Positions 1-10,996 of a stretch of DNA of 64,000 bases are shown one piece after another. Below the pieces are notes generated by a model, which saw only the letters and a program-made list of their open reading frames with translations, did no database searches and had not been told where the DNA came from. Made by a program: the position numbers and the translations under genes. How positions within the stretch are numbered: the first letter of the stretch is position 1; each line of letters starts with the position of its first letter. The stretch is from an uncultured Clostridia bacterium (GTDB lineage: Bacteria > Bacillota > Clostridia > TANB77 > CAG-508). Location: positions 112,637 to 176,636 of the forward strand of contig CAKPOF010000003.1 in the NCBI GenBank assembly GCA_934169725.1, in the 5' to 3' direction.

Positions 1-657
1 AGTATTGCATATATTCCAACTGGTACAACAAATGATTTAGCTAAAAGTCTAAATATGCCAGAAAAAGATATATCTATTACTAAAAAATTGTTAGAATCTA
101 AAGCGAGAAGATTAGATGTAGGACAATTTAATGAAAATAAATATTTTTGTTATATAGCAGCCTTTGGAGTTGTAACAGATGTGGCATATAAAACATCACA
201 TAAAGCTAAAAATAAATATGGAAAATTTGCATATTATATAAGAGCATTGTTTGAATTAATAAAAATTCCAACATATAAAACTAAAATAACATTTGACGAA
301 GAAGAATTAGAAGGAGAATTTGTATATGGAGGAATAAGTAATTCTGAGTCAATAGCAGGATTTAAATGGTTTGATAAAGAAGATGTAGATTTGTCAGATG
401 GAAAATTTGAAGCATTATTTATACGAAAACCAAAAAAACTTTCAGGATATTTTAGATTAATAAGTGATTTTAGAAATAAAGATTATATGTCTAATAGAGA
501 TTTTGTTTATTTTAAAGCTAATAAAATTACTGTAACAACAGCACAAAAGGTAGATTGGACAATAGATGGCGAATTTGCAGGAAATATGAATTTTGCAAAT
601 ATAGAAAATAAAAATAAAGCTATAGAATTAGTGGTATGTGATAAAGATAATAAATAA
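1..657 (+). CDS. Diacylglycerol kinase family (DagK/YegS-type) lipid kinase, C-terminal part; 5' end lies outside the window
   Basis: Frame 1 is open from position 1 (SIAYIPTGTTNDLAKSL... is the DAGK catalytic motif region) and continues into the listed ORF 55..657. Confidence 0.75.
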   Translation, partial: SIAYIPTGTTNDLAKSLNMPEKDISITKKLLESKARRLDVGQFNENKYFCYIAAFGVVTDVAYKTSHKAKNKYGKFAYYIRALFELIKIPTYKTKITFDEEELEGEFVYGGISNSESIAGFKWFDKEDVDLSDGKFEALFIRKPKKLSGYFRLISDFRNKDYMSNRDFVYFKANKITVTTAQKVDWTIDGEFAGNMNFANIENKNKAIELVVCDKDNK

Positions 658-700
658 GTAGTATTTTTAAAAATTACAGTTTGTTATATCATTTAATATT

Positions 701-816
701 ATATTGTTTTTTATACCTTGTGTGTCGCAATCTTTATAAAAAATAAAAATGAAGATTGCTCCAAATCGCACTCACTGTCGTTCGTTTGGTCGCTTACGCG
801 GTATTTCAAACAATAT
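701..816 (+). repeat. Intergenic palindromic repeat family A, copy 1. Conserved ends atattgtttt / aaacaatat. Internal hairpin gcaatctt...aagattgc. The perfect inverted repeat (27 bp in total, 18 bp of it copy-specific) extends into the flanks
   Basis: Direct comparison with the copies at 29314 and 52987. The shared core is tccaa(a/t)tcgcactcac...gttcgttt(g/a)(g/a)tcgcttacgcggtatttcaaa. Confidence 0.8.
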
Positions 817-988
817 AATATTAAATGATATAACTAGTGAAAATCATATATCCATAAATAGTAATATAAAATAAAGAATTTATAATAAAATTTTATTAAA
901 AAAGTTGCAATATTTTGCCAATAATAGTATAATATAAAAGGTAGCATAATAATATATAAGAAAATATTATTTAAAGAGAGGTAAAAAA

Positions 989-2251
989 ATGGATTATTTA
1001 TATATATTAAGAGAAGCTTTAGTATGGACTGTAACAATATTTTGGTTATACCAAGTAGTAGTTAGTTTATGTTCTTTAATAAAATTAAAAGATAAACCAT
1101 TAAAAGTAAACAAAGATCACAGATTTATGGCAATTATACCTGCACATAATGAAGAAGCGGTAGTTGCTAATTTAGTAGAAAGTTTAAAAAATCAAACATA
1201 TAATAAAGACTTATATGATATATATGTAATTGCTGATAATTGTACAGATAATACAGCAAAAGTAGCAAGAGATGCTGGAGCAATAGTATATGAAAGATTT
1301 GATGAAACTAAAAAAACAAAAGGATATGCATTAAATTGGTTTTTACAACAAAAAATCAAAGAAAATGCACCATATGATGCATTTTTCGTATTTGATGCTG
1401 ATAATATAGTAGACAAAAATTTCATAAAAAATATGAATAAAAAATTATGTCAAGGTGAAGATGTAGTACAAGGATATAGAGATATAAAAAATCCTTCTGA
1501 CAACTGGATTACAGCAGGATATGCAATATTCTATTGGCAAATGCATAGATTTTATCATTTAGCTAGATACAATATTGGATTATCACCATTACTAAATGGT
1601 ACAGGTTTTATGGTTAAATTTGATGTTATAAAACCACAAGGATGGGATACAGAAACTTTAACAGAAGATATAGAGTTTTCTTTAAAAAGAATTATAAAAG
1701 GTAAAAAATTAGGTTGGGCAACAGATGCTATTGTTTATGATGAACAACCAACAGGATTTAGACAAAGTTGGTCACAAAGAAGCAGATGGACAGTAGGACA
1801 TATTCAATGTATAAAAAAATATACAAAGGATTTAGCAATTGCTGCAAAAGAAAATAAAAAAATGATTAATATAGATGGATTATTTTATATAGTAGGAAGT
1901 ATTCCAATGTTTGTAATAACAATGTTATTATTATTTTCTAATTTTGTAATGTATAATTCATCAGCTATAACATCAGCAGAATTAATAAAAAATATATTAT
2001 TCTATTTACTTCCAACATTTGTATTACCAATATTTATAGGAATGTTTGCTATGTGGTTAGATGGAAGAAAAATTAAACCAATGGCAAAAGGATTACTTTG
2101 TTATCCATTATTCCTATTAACATGGATATTTATCAATTTTAAATGTTTATTTATAAGAAATACTTCATGGGAAAAGATAGACCATGTAAGAAGCATAAAA
2201 ATATCAGATGTTTCTGATGATGAAAATAAGACTGAAAAAGAATTAATTTAA
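989..2251 (+). CDS. Family 2 glycosyltransferase, processive PgaC/IcaA-like exopolysaccharide synthase
   Basis: N-terminal transmembrane segment, FDAD (DxD) motif, QRSRW (QxxRW) motif and four C-terminal transmembrane segments. RBS agagagg. Confidence 0.8.
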   Translation: MDYLYILREALVWTVTIFWLYQVVVSLCSLIKLKDKPLKVNKDHRFMAIIPAHNEEAVVANLVESLKNQTYNKDLYDIYVIADNCTDNTAKVARDAGAIVYERFDETKKTKGYALNWFLQQKIKENAPYDAFFVFDADNIVDKNFIKNMNKKLCQGEDVVQGYRDIKNPSDNWITAGYAIFYWQMHRFYHLARYNIGLSPLLNGTGFMVKFDVIKPQGWDTETLTEDIEFSLKRIIKGKKLGWATDAIVYDEQPTGFRQSWSQRSRWTVGHIQCIKKYTKDLAIAAKENKKMINIDGLFYIVGSIPMFVITMLLLFSNFVMYNSSAITSAELIKNILFYLLPTFVLPIFIGMFAMWLDGRKIKPMAKGLLCYPLFLLTWIFINFKCLFIRNTSWEKIDHVRSIKISDVSDDENKTEKELI

Positions 2252-2327
2252 TATATATAACATATAAGTGGACGTTTAAACTGTTATTTCTTGAAATGAC
2301 AATTCATAATGCTCCACTTATATTATT

Positions 2328-3881
2328 ATGAGTAAGTTGAATTTGAAAGGGACGAATAAAAATATGGAAAAATTAAAAAAAATAAATAAAAAATATTTAC
2401 ATATAGCAATTATTATAATAGGAGTTATATTTTTATTTTTATCATCTTTTCATGAAGATATATGGTTTGATGAAAGTTATTCAGTTGCTATAGCAAAACA
2501 CAATTTTATAGATATTTGGCAAATAACTGGACATGATGTGCATCCACCTTTATATTATTGGATGTTACATATAGTATGGATGATTTTTGGAAATAATGTA
2601 ATTGCATTTAGATTATTTTCAGTTTTAGCAATTGTATTATTGGGGATATTAGGATATACTCACATAAGAAAAGATTTTGGAGATAAAGCTGGTATTTTAT
2701 TTTCTTACTTGGTGTATTTTTTACCAGTAATGTGTACATATAGTCAAGAAATAAGAATGTATTCATGGTCATGTTTATTAATAACACTTTTAGCAATATA
2801 TGCATATAGATTATACAAAAAAATAAAAAACAAAGAAGAAAAAAATGTAAATAGAAATATAATATTGTTTGGTATACTTAGTATATTATCATGTTATATT
2901 CACTACTACGCTTTAGTTTCAGCAGGTTTAATAAATTTTGTGTTATTAATATATATAATAAAAAATAGGAAAAATGTACCTCATATATTAAGAAACTTTT
3001 TGATTTTAGCTTTTGTACAAATAATTTTATATGTTCCATGGTTGATTTACCTAAAAGGTCAAGTATCTCATGTAGAAAGTGGTTTTTGGATATATTTGGG
3101 AATGAGTACATTAGTTGAAGTGCCTAGCTTCCAATTTAGAAGACAATTAGATACTAATTTTTCATTTGATCTAAATACAATAATTGCACTTGTTTCGGCT
3201 TTAGCTATGTATATATATATAGGTTTAAAAATGTATAAAGCTAAAAAAGAAAAAAGTGAAATGTTACCAGGTGTATTAGCTTGGGTTTTGTATGTTGCAG
3301 TTATAGCATCTGTTTTAGTAGTGTCTCTAGTTATGAAACAATCAATATTGTTTGCAAGATACTTACTAGTTATTACTGGGTTATATATATTTGGAATAGC
3401 ATTTTTTATGGCAAAAGAAAAGAAAAATTGGTTAATTATATTAATATGTTCAATAATATTGATTTTAGGATGTATTAGTAATATTACTAACATACAAATA
3501 AATTATGATAGTAGTAATATGAAACAAATAGAATATTTAAGAGAAAATATAAAACAAGATGACATTATAATATATTCTAATATTGGAAATGGTGGAGTAA
3601 TAGCTGCATTTTTCCCAGAAAACAAGCAATATTTTTACAATGGTGAATATTGGGATGTAGAAGAAGCATATAAGGCTTATGGGCCAGCGATGGAAACAAT
3701 TTATAATTATGAAGATGTATTAAAAGATTATCATGGAAGAATATGGTTAATTGATTCAGAAGGTTGTGGATTGTATAATGAAATTCCGAAGGATGGATTA
3801 AAAACTATAGTAGAACCAACTGAATTTGTAACTAGATATCAAAATTACATATATACAATTGTATTGTTAGAAAAAGAATAA
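2328..3881 (+). CDS. Polytopic membrane protein, GT39/ArnT/PMT-like glycosyltransferase fold (the start may instead be the ATG at 2364)
   Basis: More than ten predicted transmembrane helices followed by a soluble C-terminal domain. Sits immediately downstream of the GT2 gene. Confidence 0.55.
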   Translation: MSKLNLKGTNKNMEKLKKINKKYLHIAIIIIGVIFLFLSSFHEDIWFDESYSVAIAKHNFIDIWQITGHDVHPPLYYWMLHIVWMIFGNNVIAFRLFSVLAIVLLGILGYTHIRKDFGDKAGILFSYLVYFLPVMCTYSQEIRMYSWSCLLITLLAIYAYRLYKKIKNKEEKNVNRNIILFGILSILSCYIHYYALVSAGLINFVLLIYIIKNRKNVPHILRNFLILAFVQIILYVPWLIYLKGQVSHVESGFWIYLGMSTLVEVPSFQFRRQLDTNFSFDLNTIIALVSALAMYIYIGLKMYKAKKEKSEMLPGVLAWVLYVAVIASVLVVSLVMKQSILFARYLLVITGLYIFGIAFFMAKEKKNWLIILICSIILILGCISNITNIQINYDSSNMKQIEYLRENIKQDDIIIYSNIGNGGVIAAFFPENKQYFYNGEYWDVEEAYKAYGPAMETIYNYEDVLKDYHGRIWLIDSEGCGLYNEIPKDGLKTIVEPTEFVTRYQNYIYTIVLLEKE

Positions 3882-3900
3882 TAAAAGGATACATAAGAAT

Positions 3901-5253
3901 ATGAATAATAAGATAGATATAAAAAAAAGCATATCTAATTTAATATTTACAATAATTTTATTTTTAGCGTTATATTTTGCGTATAGATTTTATCAAATTC
4001 ATAATTTTAATGAATTTATTAGAAGTGAAGCAAATATGGGATGTACAGAATTTAAAAGAGATAACAAAGAAAAATATTCAAAAATGAAGAGTTATGAAAT
4101 TAATTCAAACGATTTTAATGATGCCATGTTTTCTAAAGATATACAAGTAGAAAGAGATACACCATATAAAGTATCTTGTATGGTAAAAACGAAGAATGTA
4201 ATAGGAGATAAAGATACATCAGATATAGGTGCTCAAATTTCAATAAGTGATACTACTGAGAGATCAATATCTGTAAAAGGAGATAGTGAGTGGCAAAAAA
4301 TTGAATTGATATTTAATTCAAAAAATAGAACAAGTGTAAATATAGCATTTCGCTTAGGAGGAAGTGATGGATATGCTAAGGGAAATGCATGGTTTTCTGA
4401 CTTTTCTATAGAACAAGGAGAAAAAGATGATAATAATAACTGGAAATTTGCATGTTTAATATTTGACAATACAAGTGTAACTATAAATAATAATCCAGTT
4501 GATATACAAATTACAAGTAATGATATTGTAGATATAAAAAATACAATAAATAGGTTTGAAAAATCATGTAATACTTTATCAGAAAATAAAATGACTGCTG
4601 ATTGTGATATATATGAAATACAAGATCCAATCACATCTTTATCATATGATGATCAATTTGGATATTATGTTTCACCAGAAGATATTGAAAAACAAATAAA
4701 TAATGTTATAAATAAAAATGATTATGATCATATTTTTGCAATTATAAGATTAGGAAATGATGAACACAAAGATGATATTGAAATAAAAGATTGGATAGGT
4801 CTTGGGTCTATGGATTATTACGGTGTAGGATTTTCTAATATTAGATTGCCAAACAGTTCAAAAAGTTATATATATAAATATAATACTAGGGTTAACCAAT
4901 TTCCAGAGGAAGTTTTTTTACATGAATTTTTACATTCTTTAGAAAGAACGGCTAAAGAATATGGTTATCAAATTCCAGAACTACATGGATATAAAGAATA
5001 TGGATATCAAAATGAAGTTATTATTGGGCAAAAAAAATGGTATACAGATTATATGAATAAAAATATAAAAACAGCTGATGGATATACAGGCTTGCCAAAT
5101 GAAATATATACTATGAAACCAGCCAAAAAGTCTAATTTTGATTTTCCAATAGCATTAGATGTTTATGAAGAACCGCAAAACGTTATAGAAGAAATAAGAG
5201 GAATATTTGGTAATTTATTTAGAAATGCAAAAATCATAATTGGAAAAATATAA
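3901..5253 (+). CDS. Membrane-anchored secreted protein with an HExxH (HEFLHSLE) motif, a putative zinc metallopeptidase-like domain
   Basis: N-terminal transmembrane anchor. The HEFLH motif resembles the M64/M60-like HEFGH motif. RBS aaagga. Confidence 0.5.
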   Translation: MNNKIDIKKSISNLIFTIILFLALYFAYRFYQIHNFNEFIRSEANMGCTEFKRDNKEKYSKMKSYEINSNDFNDAMFSKDIQVERDTPYKVSCMVKTKNVIGDKDTSDIGAQISISDTTERSISVKGDSEWQKIELIFNSKNRTSVNIAFRLGGSDGYAKGNAWFSDFSIEQGEKDDNNNWKFACLIFDNTSVTINNNPVDIQITSNDIVDIKNTINRFEKSCNTLSENKMTADCDIYEIQDPITSLSYDDQFGYYVSPEDIEKQINNVINKNDYDHIFAIIRLGNDEHKDDIEIKDWIGLGSMDYYGVGFSNIRLPNSSKSYIYKYNTRVNQFPEEVFLHEFLHSLERTAKEYGYQIPELHGYKEYGYQNEVIIGQKKWYTDYMNKNIKTADGYTGLPNEIYTMKPAKKSNFDFPIALDVYEEPQNVIEEIRGIFGNLFRNAKIIIGKI

Positions 5254-5271
5254 AAATAAGGAGCAAATAAA

Positions 5272-6294
5272 TTGAAAGTATCAGAGTTTAATTATAATTT
5301 ACCAGAAGAATTAATAGCACAAACACCATTAGAAAAAAGAGATGAATCAAGATTAATGGTTTTAGATAGAGAAAAACAAACAATAGAAAATAAAACATTT
5401 AAAGATATAATAGATTATTTAGAACCAGGAGATTGTTTAGTAAGAAATAATACAAAAGTTATACCAGCAAGAATATATGGAAAAAAAGAAACAGGAGCAA
5501 ATGTAGAATTTTTATTACTAAATAATATAGAAGGTGATATTTGGGAGAGTATTGTTAGACCTGGAAATAAATTACATGTAGGAACAAAAGTAATATTTGG
5601 AGACGGACTATTAACTGCAGAGATTTTAGAAATCATGCCAGGAGGAACAAGAAAGGTTAAATTTTTCTATGAAGGGATATTTAATGAAATATTGGATCAA
5701 ATAGGATTAATGCCACTACCTCCATATATTCATGAAGAATTAAAGGACAGGGATAGATATCAAACTGTTTATGCAAAATATAAAGGATCAGCAGCAGCTC
5801 CTACTGCAGGATTACATTTTACACCAGAATTATTAAAAAAAATAGAAGAAAAAGGTGTAAAAATTGCTAATGTAACATTACATGTTGGAATTGGTACATT
5901 TAGACCAGTAAAGGAAGATACAGTAGAAAAACATGAAATGCATACAGAACATTTTTATATAAAACAAGAAGATGTTGAAAAAATAAATGGAACAAAATTA
6001 AATGGAAAAAAAGTAATAGCAGTAGGTACAACATCATGTAGAGTTTTAGAAACAATAGCAGATGAAAAAGGGTTAGTAAAAGTAACAGAAGGAGATACAA
6101 AGATATTTATTTATCCAGGATATAAATTTAAATGTTTAGATGGACTAATAACAAATTTTCATTTACCACAATCAACTTTATTAATGTTAGTATCTGCTTT
6201 AGCAGGTAAAGAATATATTATGAAAGCATATAATCAAGCAGTAAAAGAAAAATATAGATTTTTTAGCTTTGGAGATGCAATGTTTATTAAATAA
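5272..6294 (+). CDS. queA: S-adenosylmethionine:tRNA ribosyltransferase-isomerase
   Basis: N-terminus [31 protein letters not shown] is typical QueA. TTG start. Confidence 0.92.
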   Translation: MKVSEFNYNLPEELIAQTPLEKRDESRLMVLDREKQTIENKTFKDIIDYLEPGDCLVRNNTKVIPARIYGKKETGANVEFLLLNNIEGDIWESIVRPGNKLHVGTKVIFGDGLLTAEILEIMPGGTRKVKFFYEGIFNEILDQIGLMPLPPYIHEELKDRDRYQTVYAKYKGSAAAPTAGLHFTPELLKKIEEKGVKIANVTLHVGIGTFRPVKEDTVEKHEMHTEHFYIKQEDVEKINGTKLNGKKVIAVGTTSCRVLETIADEKGLVKVTEGDTKIFIYPGYKFKCLDGLITNFHLPQSTLLMLVSALAGKEYIMKAYNQAVKEKYRFFSFGDAMFIK

Positions 6295-6306
6295 TGAAAG
6301 GAATAG

Positions 6307-7434
<1,128 letters not shown>

Positions 7435-7445
7435 GGGGATTACAA

Positions 7446-8987
7446 ATGAATTTATTGGATGAAGATTTTCAAGATAAAAAAGAAACAGGAAATAAAAAAA
7501 TATTGAGAGTTGTATTAGTTTTGATAATATTAATAGTATTTTCAATTATTGGAATAATTAGTTATTTAATGTATTTAGAAAGTACAAACTTAAAAGTTTC
7601 ATTAAATGATCAAATAAATAACGATGTAAAAAATTTAATAGTATTTGAGCAAGATGGAAGTATATATTTGCCGGTAAGAGCAATGTCATCATTTTTAGGG
7701 TATAATTGTTATAATGGTGAATATTCAAATAAATCAGAAGAAAGCAGTAAATGTTATGTACAATGTGAAGGTGAAATAGCAAATTTAGTTTTAAATTCTA
7801 ATAAAATTTATAAATTAAATTTAGAGGAATCAGATGATAACTACACATATATTTTTATGGATAAACCAGTAAAAGCTATTAATGGAGAACTATATGTAAC
7901 TGCAGATGGATTTGAAAAAGTTTTTAATACAAGTTTTAATTATGATAAAGATAAAAATAGAATTTCTATGTATACAACAAATTATTTGGTAAGTATATAC
8001 GAAAATAAAGTTTTAGATTATGGATATACAAAATTAAGTGATAAATTTGAAAATACTAAAACAGCTATAAAAGATATGCTTGTAGTAACAAATGACAAGG
8101 CATTTGGAGTTGTGAATGCAACAGATGGTACAGAAATTTTAGAGTGTAAATATGATGATATAAAATATCAAGAAACAACAGGAGATTTTATAGTATCTAG
8201 TGATGGAAAATATGGTATTATTGGTGCAGATAAAAAAACAAAGATAAATTTAGCATATGATGAAATTAAATTGATGGATTATGAAGAAGGACAAAACTCA
8301 GGATTATATGTAGTAAAAAGAAACAATAAATATGGAGTTATAGACTTTAAAGGAAATGATAAAATATATGCAGAAAATGATCAAATTGGTGTAGATATAT
8401 CAAAATTTGAAGAGAATGATTTAAAATCTGGATATGTTTTAGTAGATAATTTAATACCAGTTAAGAAAAATGATAAATGGGGATTATTTGATAAAAGTGG
8501 TAAAAAAATAGTTGATTTTGAATATGATGATTTAGGATATATAGCAAATAATAATAAAGATGCAACAAATTTATTGGTTATACCTAATTATAATGTAATA
8601 GTAGCTTGTTTAGATGGAAGATATACATTATTAAATGCTTCTGGGGAACAACCATTTAAAGCATTTGTTGATGATATATATATGACAATAAGTGGTGGCG
8701 TAAAACATTATACTATGATAGCAAATAATAAATCTTATGATGTAGAAGAATATTTAGATAAATTAGGAGTAAGAACAACTAAAAACAGTAGTAATCAATC
8801 AAAAAATAACACCAATACAAATAATAATACAGAAAGCAATACAACAAATACAAACGAACAACAAGCAGATGAAAACAGCGAAGATAATAATAATCAAGAT
8901 CAAAATGATAACCAAGAACAAAATAACAATGAAGACAATAATGATCAAGAAAACAATCAAGATAATCAATCAGATGAAGAGGAATAA
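7446..8987 (+). CDS. Membrane-anchored protein with a copper-amine-oxidase-N-like domain, WG repeats and an acidic N/Q/D/E-rich low-complexity tail
   Basis: N-terminal transmembrane segment. Repeats of the KYGVIDFKGN.. / KWGLFDKSGKKIVDFEYDDLGY type. C-terminal low-complexity tail NTNNNTESNTTNTNEQQADENSEDNNNQDQ... Confidence 0.55.
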   Translation: MNLLDEDFQDKKETGNKKILRVVLVLIILIVFSIIGIISYLMYLESTNLKVSLNDQINNDVKNLIVFEQDGSIYLPVRAMSSFLGYNCYNGEYSNKSEESSKCYVQCEGEIANLVLNSNKIYKLNLEESDDNYTYIFMDKPVKAINGELYVTADGFEKVFNTSFNYDKDKNRISMYTTNYLVSIYENKVLDYGYTKLSDKFENTKTAIKDMLVVTNDKAFGVVNATDGTEILECKYDDIKYQETTGDFIVSSDGKYGIIGADKKTKINLAYDEIKLMDYEEGQNSGLYVVKRNNKYGVIDFKGNDKIYAENDQIGVDISKFEENDLKSGYVLVDNLIPVKKNDKWGLFDKSGKKIVDFEYDDLGYIANNNKDATNLLVIPNYNVIVACLDGRYTLLNASGEQPFKAFVDDIYMTISGGVKHYTMIANNKSYDVEEYLDKLGVRTTKNSSNQSKNNTNTNNNTESNTTNTNEQQADENSEDNNNQDQNDNQEQNNNEDNNDQENNQDNQSDEEE

Positions 8988-8992
8988 GAACA

Positions 8993-9026
8993 AAGAATAC
9001 TTGGGGGTAACAAGTATTCTTTTTTT
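8993..9026 (+). terminator. Rho-independent terminator
   Basis: aagaatacttg-ggggtaa-caagtattctt followed by a T7 run. Confidence 0.7.
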
Positions 9027-9113
9027 GACCAGTCATACTAATAGAAAAAAATAAAAAAATAGTATATAAATATATAGAGGAAAAATTATATATTAACTAG
9101 AAAGAGGTATATA

Positions 9114-10040
9114 ATGTGTAATATAAAAATTATAGAAAATGGAATATATCTTCCTAAAAAACAAGTAAAAAACAATGAATTAGAAAAATATTTAAATTTA
9201 GAAAATGGATATATAGAAAAAAGAACAGGAATAAAGCAAAGATATTATAGTATTGAAGAATCAATAGAAGATATGGCTCTAAATGCTGTAAACAATATAA
9301 AAAATATTTTAAAAGAAAAAGATAGTATTGGTCTTATAATAACAGCAACGACAAGTACAGATAAGATAATGCCTGGAATTTCAAACTATATTCAAAAAAA
9401 GTTAGATATAAAATCATGTATATGTTTAGATATATTAGCAGGATGTAGTGGATATATAAATGCTTTTGATATTGCTAAACTATATATAACTTCAGGGAAA
9501 GTAGATAAAGCATTAGTGATTGGAGTAGATAAATTATCACAAGTAATTGATAAAGATGATATTGGAACAGCAATTGTTTTATCAGATGGTGCAGGTGCAA
9601 CACTTCTAGGGAAGATTGATGAAGAAAAAGAATACAAAGTAAATATTACAGCAACAGGAAAAGGAAATGAAATTTTAACATACAATTATGGTGAAAATCT
9701 ATATATGAATGGTAAAGAAGTATATAAATATGCAGTCACAAAAACAATAGAAAATATAAAAGAGTTATTAAAAAATTCAAATTTAAAGCTTGAGGATATA
9801 AAATATATAATTCCACATCAGTCAAATTTAAAAATAATAAAATCAATAGCTTCGAGATTGCATATTGAATTAAACAAAATGTATATAGATATAGAAAATA
9901 ATGGAAATACATTTTGTGCAAGTATACCAATTGCTTTATATGATATAAATAAAGAAAATCTAATACAAAAAGGTGATAAGATAATTTTTTTAGGTTACGG
10001 CGGAGGATTAAATACAGGAAGTATATTAATTGAATTTTAA
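9114..10040 (+). CDS. fabH: 3-oxoacyl-ACP synthase III
   Basis: Active-site Cys (LAGCSGY), HQSNLKII motif and C-terminal GYGGGLN. Confidence 0.85.
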   Translation: MCNIKIIENGIYLPKKQVKNNELEKYLNLENGYIEKRTGIKQRYYSIEESIEDMALNAVNNIKNILKEKDSIGLIITATTSTDKIMPGISNYIQKKLDIKSCICLDILAGCSGYINAFDIAKLYITSGKVDKALVIGVDKLSQVIDKDDIGTAIVLSDGAGATLLGKIDEEKEYKVNITATGKGNEILTYNYGENLYMNGKEVYKYAVTKTIENIKELLKNSNLKLEDIKYIIPHQSNLKIIKSIASRLHIELNKMYIDIENNGNTFCASIPIALYDINKENLIQKGDKIIFLGYGGGLNTGSILIEF

Positions 10041-10056
10041 GAAAGGAAAATAAAAA

Positions 10057-10995
10057 ATGAAAAGAGTATTTTTATTCCCTGGTCAAGGGGCACAAGTTGT
10101 AGGAATGGGAAAAGATATATATGAAAAATATGAAGAAGCAAGAAAAATATATGACAAAGCTTCTGAAATATCAGGGATAGATGTGAAAAAAATTTGTTTT
10201 GATGGACCAGAAGAAGAATTAAATAAAACAGAAAATACACAAATAGCAATATTAACAACAAGCTTAGCAATATTGGAAGTTTTAAAGTCAAAAAATATAA
10301 ATGCAGAAATAGCTACAGGACTAAGTTTAGGTGAATATGGTGCATTGATATATTCTGGCATAATAAGTTTTGAAGATGGAATAAAATTGATACAAAAAAG
10401 AGGATATTATATGGGAAATATGTTACCAAAGGAAAAATATTCTATGGCAGCTGTAATAGGGTTAGATTCAAAAAAGATTGAAAAAGTTTGCGATGAAATT
10501 TCAAAACAAGATTTATTTATAGCAATAGCAAATTATAATTATAGTAAACAAACAGTTATATCAGGAGAAGAAAAAGCAATAAATATTGCGATGGAAAAAT
10601 TAAAAACATCTGGAGCTAAAAGAGTGATAAAATTAAATACAAGTGGACCATTTCATACAATAAAATTAGAAAAAGCTAGAATTCAATATGAAAAGGAATT
10701 AGAAAAAGTTAAATTTAATTTAAATACTAAGATAAAAGTAATAAAAAATATAGATGGTACATATTATGACATAAATGATAACATTAAGAAAATTTTATCG
10801 AAACATATAGTTAGTCCTGTTAGATTTGATAAAACAATAGAATTGCTAAAAGAAGCAAAAGCAGAAGAATATGTTGAGATTGGACCAGGAAAAACCTTAA
10901 CAGGATTTATAAAAAAAGAAAATAAAGAAGCAAACGTTGTAAATATAAACAATGTTGAAAGTTTGGAAAATTATTTAGAAAAAGGATTGGTGTAA
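10057..10995 (+). CDS. fabD: Malonyl-CoA:ACP transacylase
   Basis: FLFPGQGAQ motif and GLSLGEY (the GHSLGE-type nucleophile elbow). Confidence 0.88.
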   Translation: MKRVFLFPGQGAQVVGMGKDIYEKYEEARKIYDKASEISGIDVKKICFDGPEEELNKTENTQIAILTTSLAILEVLKSKNINAEIATGLSLGEYGALIYSGIISFEDGIKLIQKRGYYMGNMLPKEKYSMAAVIGLDSKKIEKVCDEISKQDLFIAIANYNYSKQTVISGEEKAINIAMEKLKTSGAKRVIKLNTSGPFHTIKLEKARIQYEKELEKVKFNLNTKIKVIKNIDGTYYDINDNIKKILSKHIVSPVRFDKTIELLKEAKAEEYVEIGPGKTLTGFIKKENKEANVVNINNVESLENYLEKGLV

Positions 10996-10996
10996 A

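Noticed and set aside
701-816. Family A repeat interpreted as a retron msr/msd, an integron attC site or a small coding gene
   Set aside because: There is no reverse transcriptase or integrase nearby. The terminal motifs do not fit RYYYAAC/GTTRRRY. Short ORFs on either strand are not conserved between copies.
834-1037. Minus-strand 67-aa ORF and many other 60-130-aa antisense ORFs in the track (for example 1192..1425, 2608..2805, 3068..3493, 4233..4634, 5900..6100, 9392..9685, 10083..10361, 20765..21169, 24678..25037, 46257..46604, 48013..48321, 53822..54139, 55483..55794, 56264..56575)
   Set aside because: They lie entirely inside or antisense to well-supported genes. They have low-complexity Leu/Ile/Phe/Tyr-rich compositions typical of AT-rich noise. 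They have no RBS.
8869-9054. 61-aa plus-strand ORF and 85-aa minus-strand ORF over the low-complexity tail region of 7446..8987
   Set aside because: They are artefacts of the A/T-rich N/Q/D/E low-complexity coding region and of the terminator.
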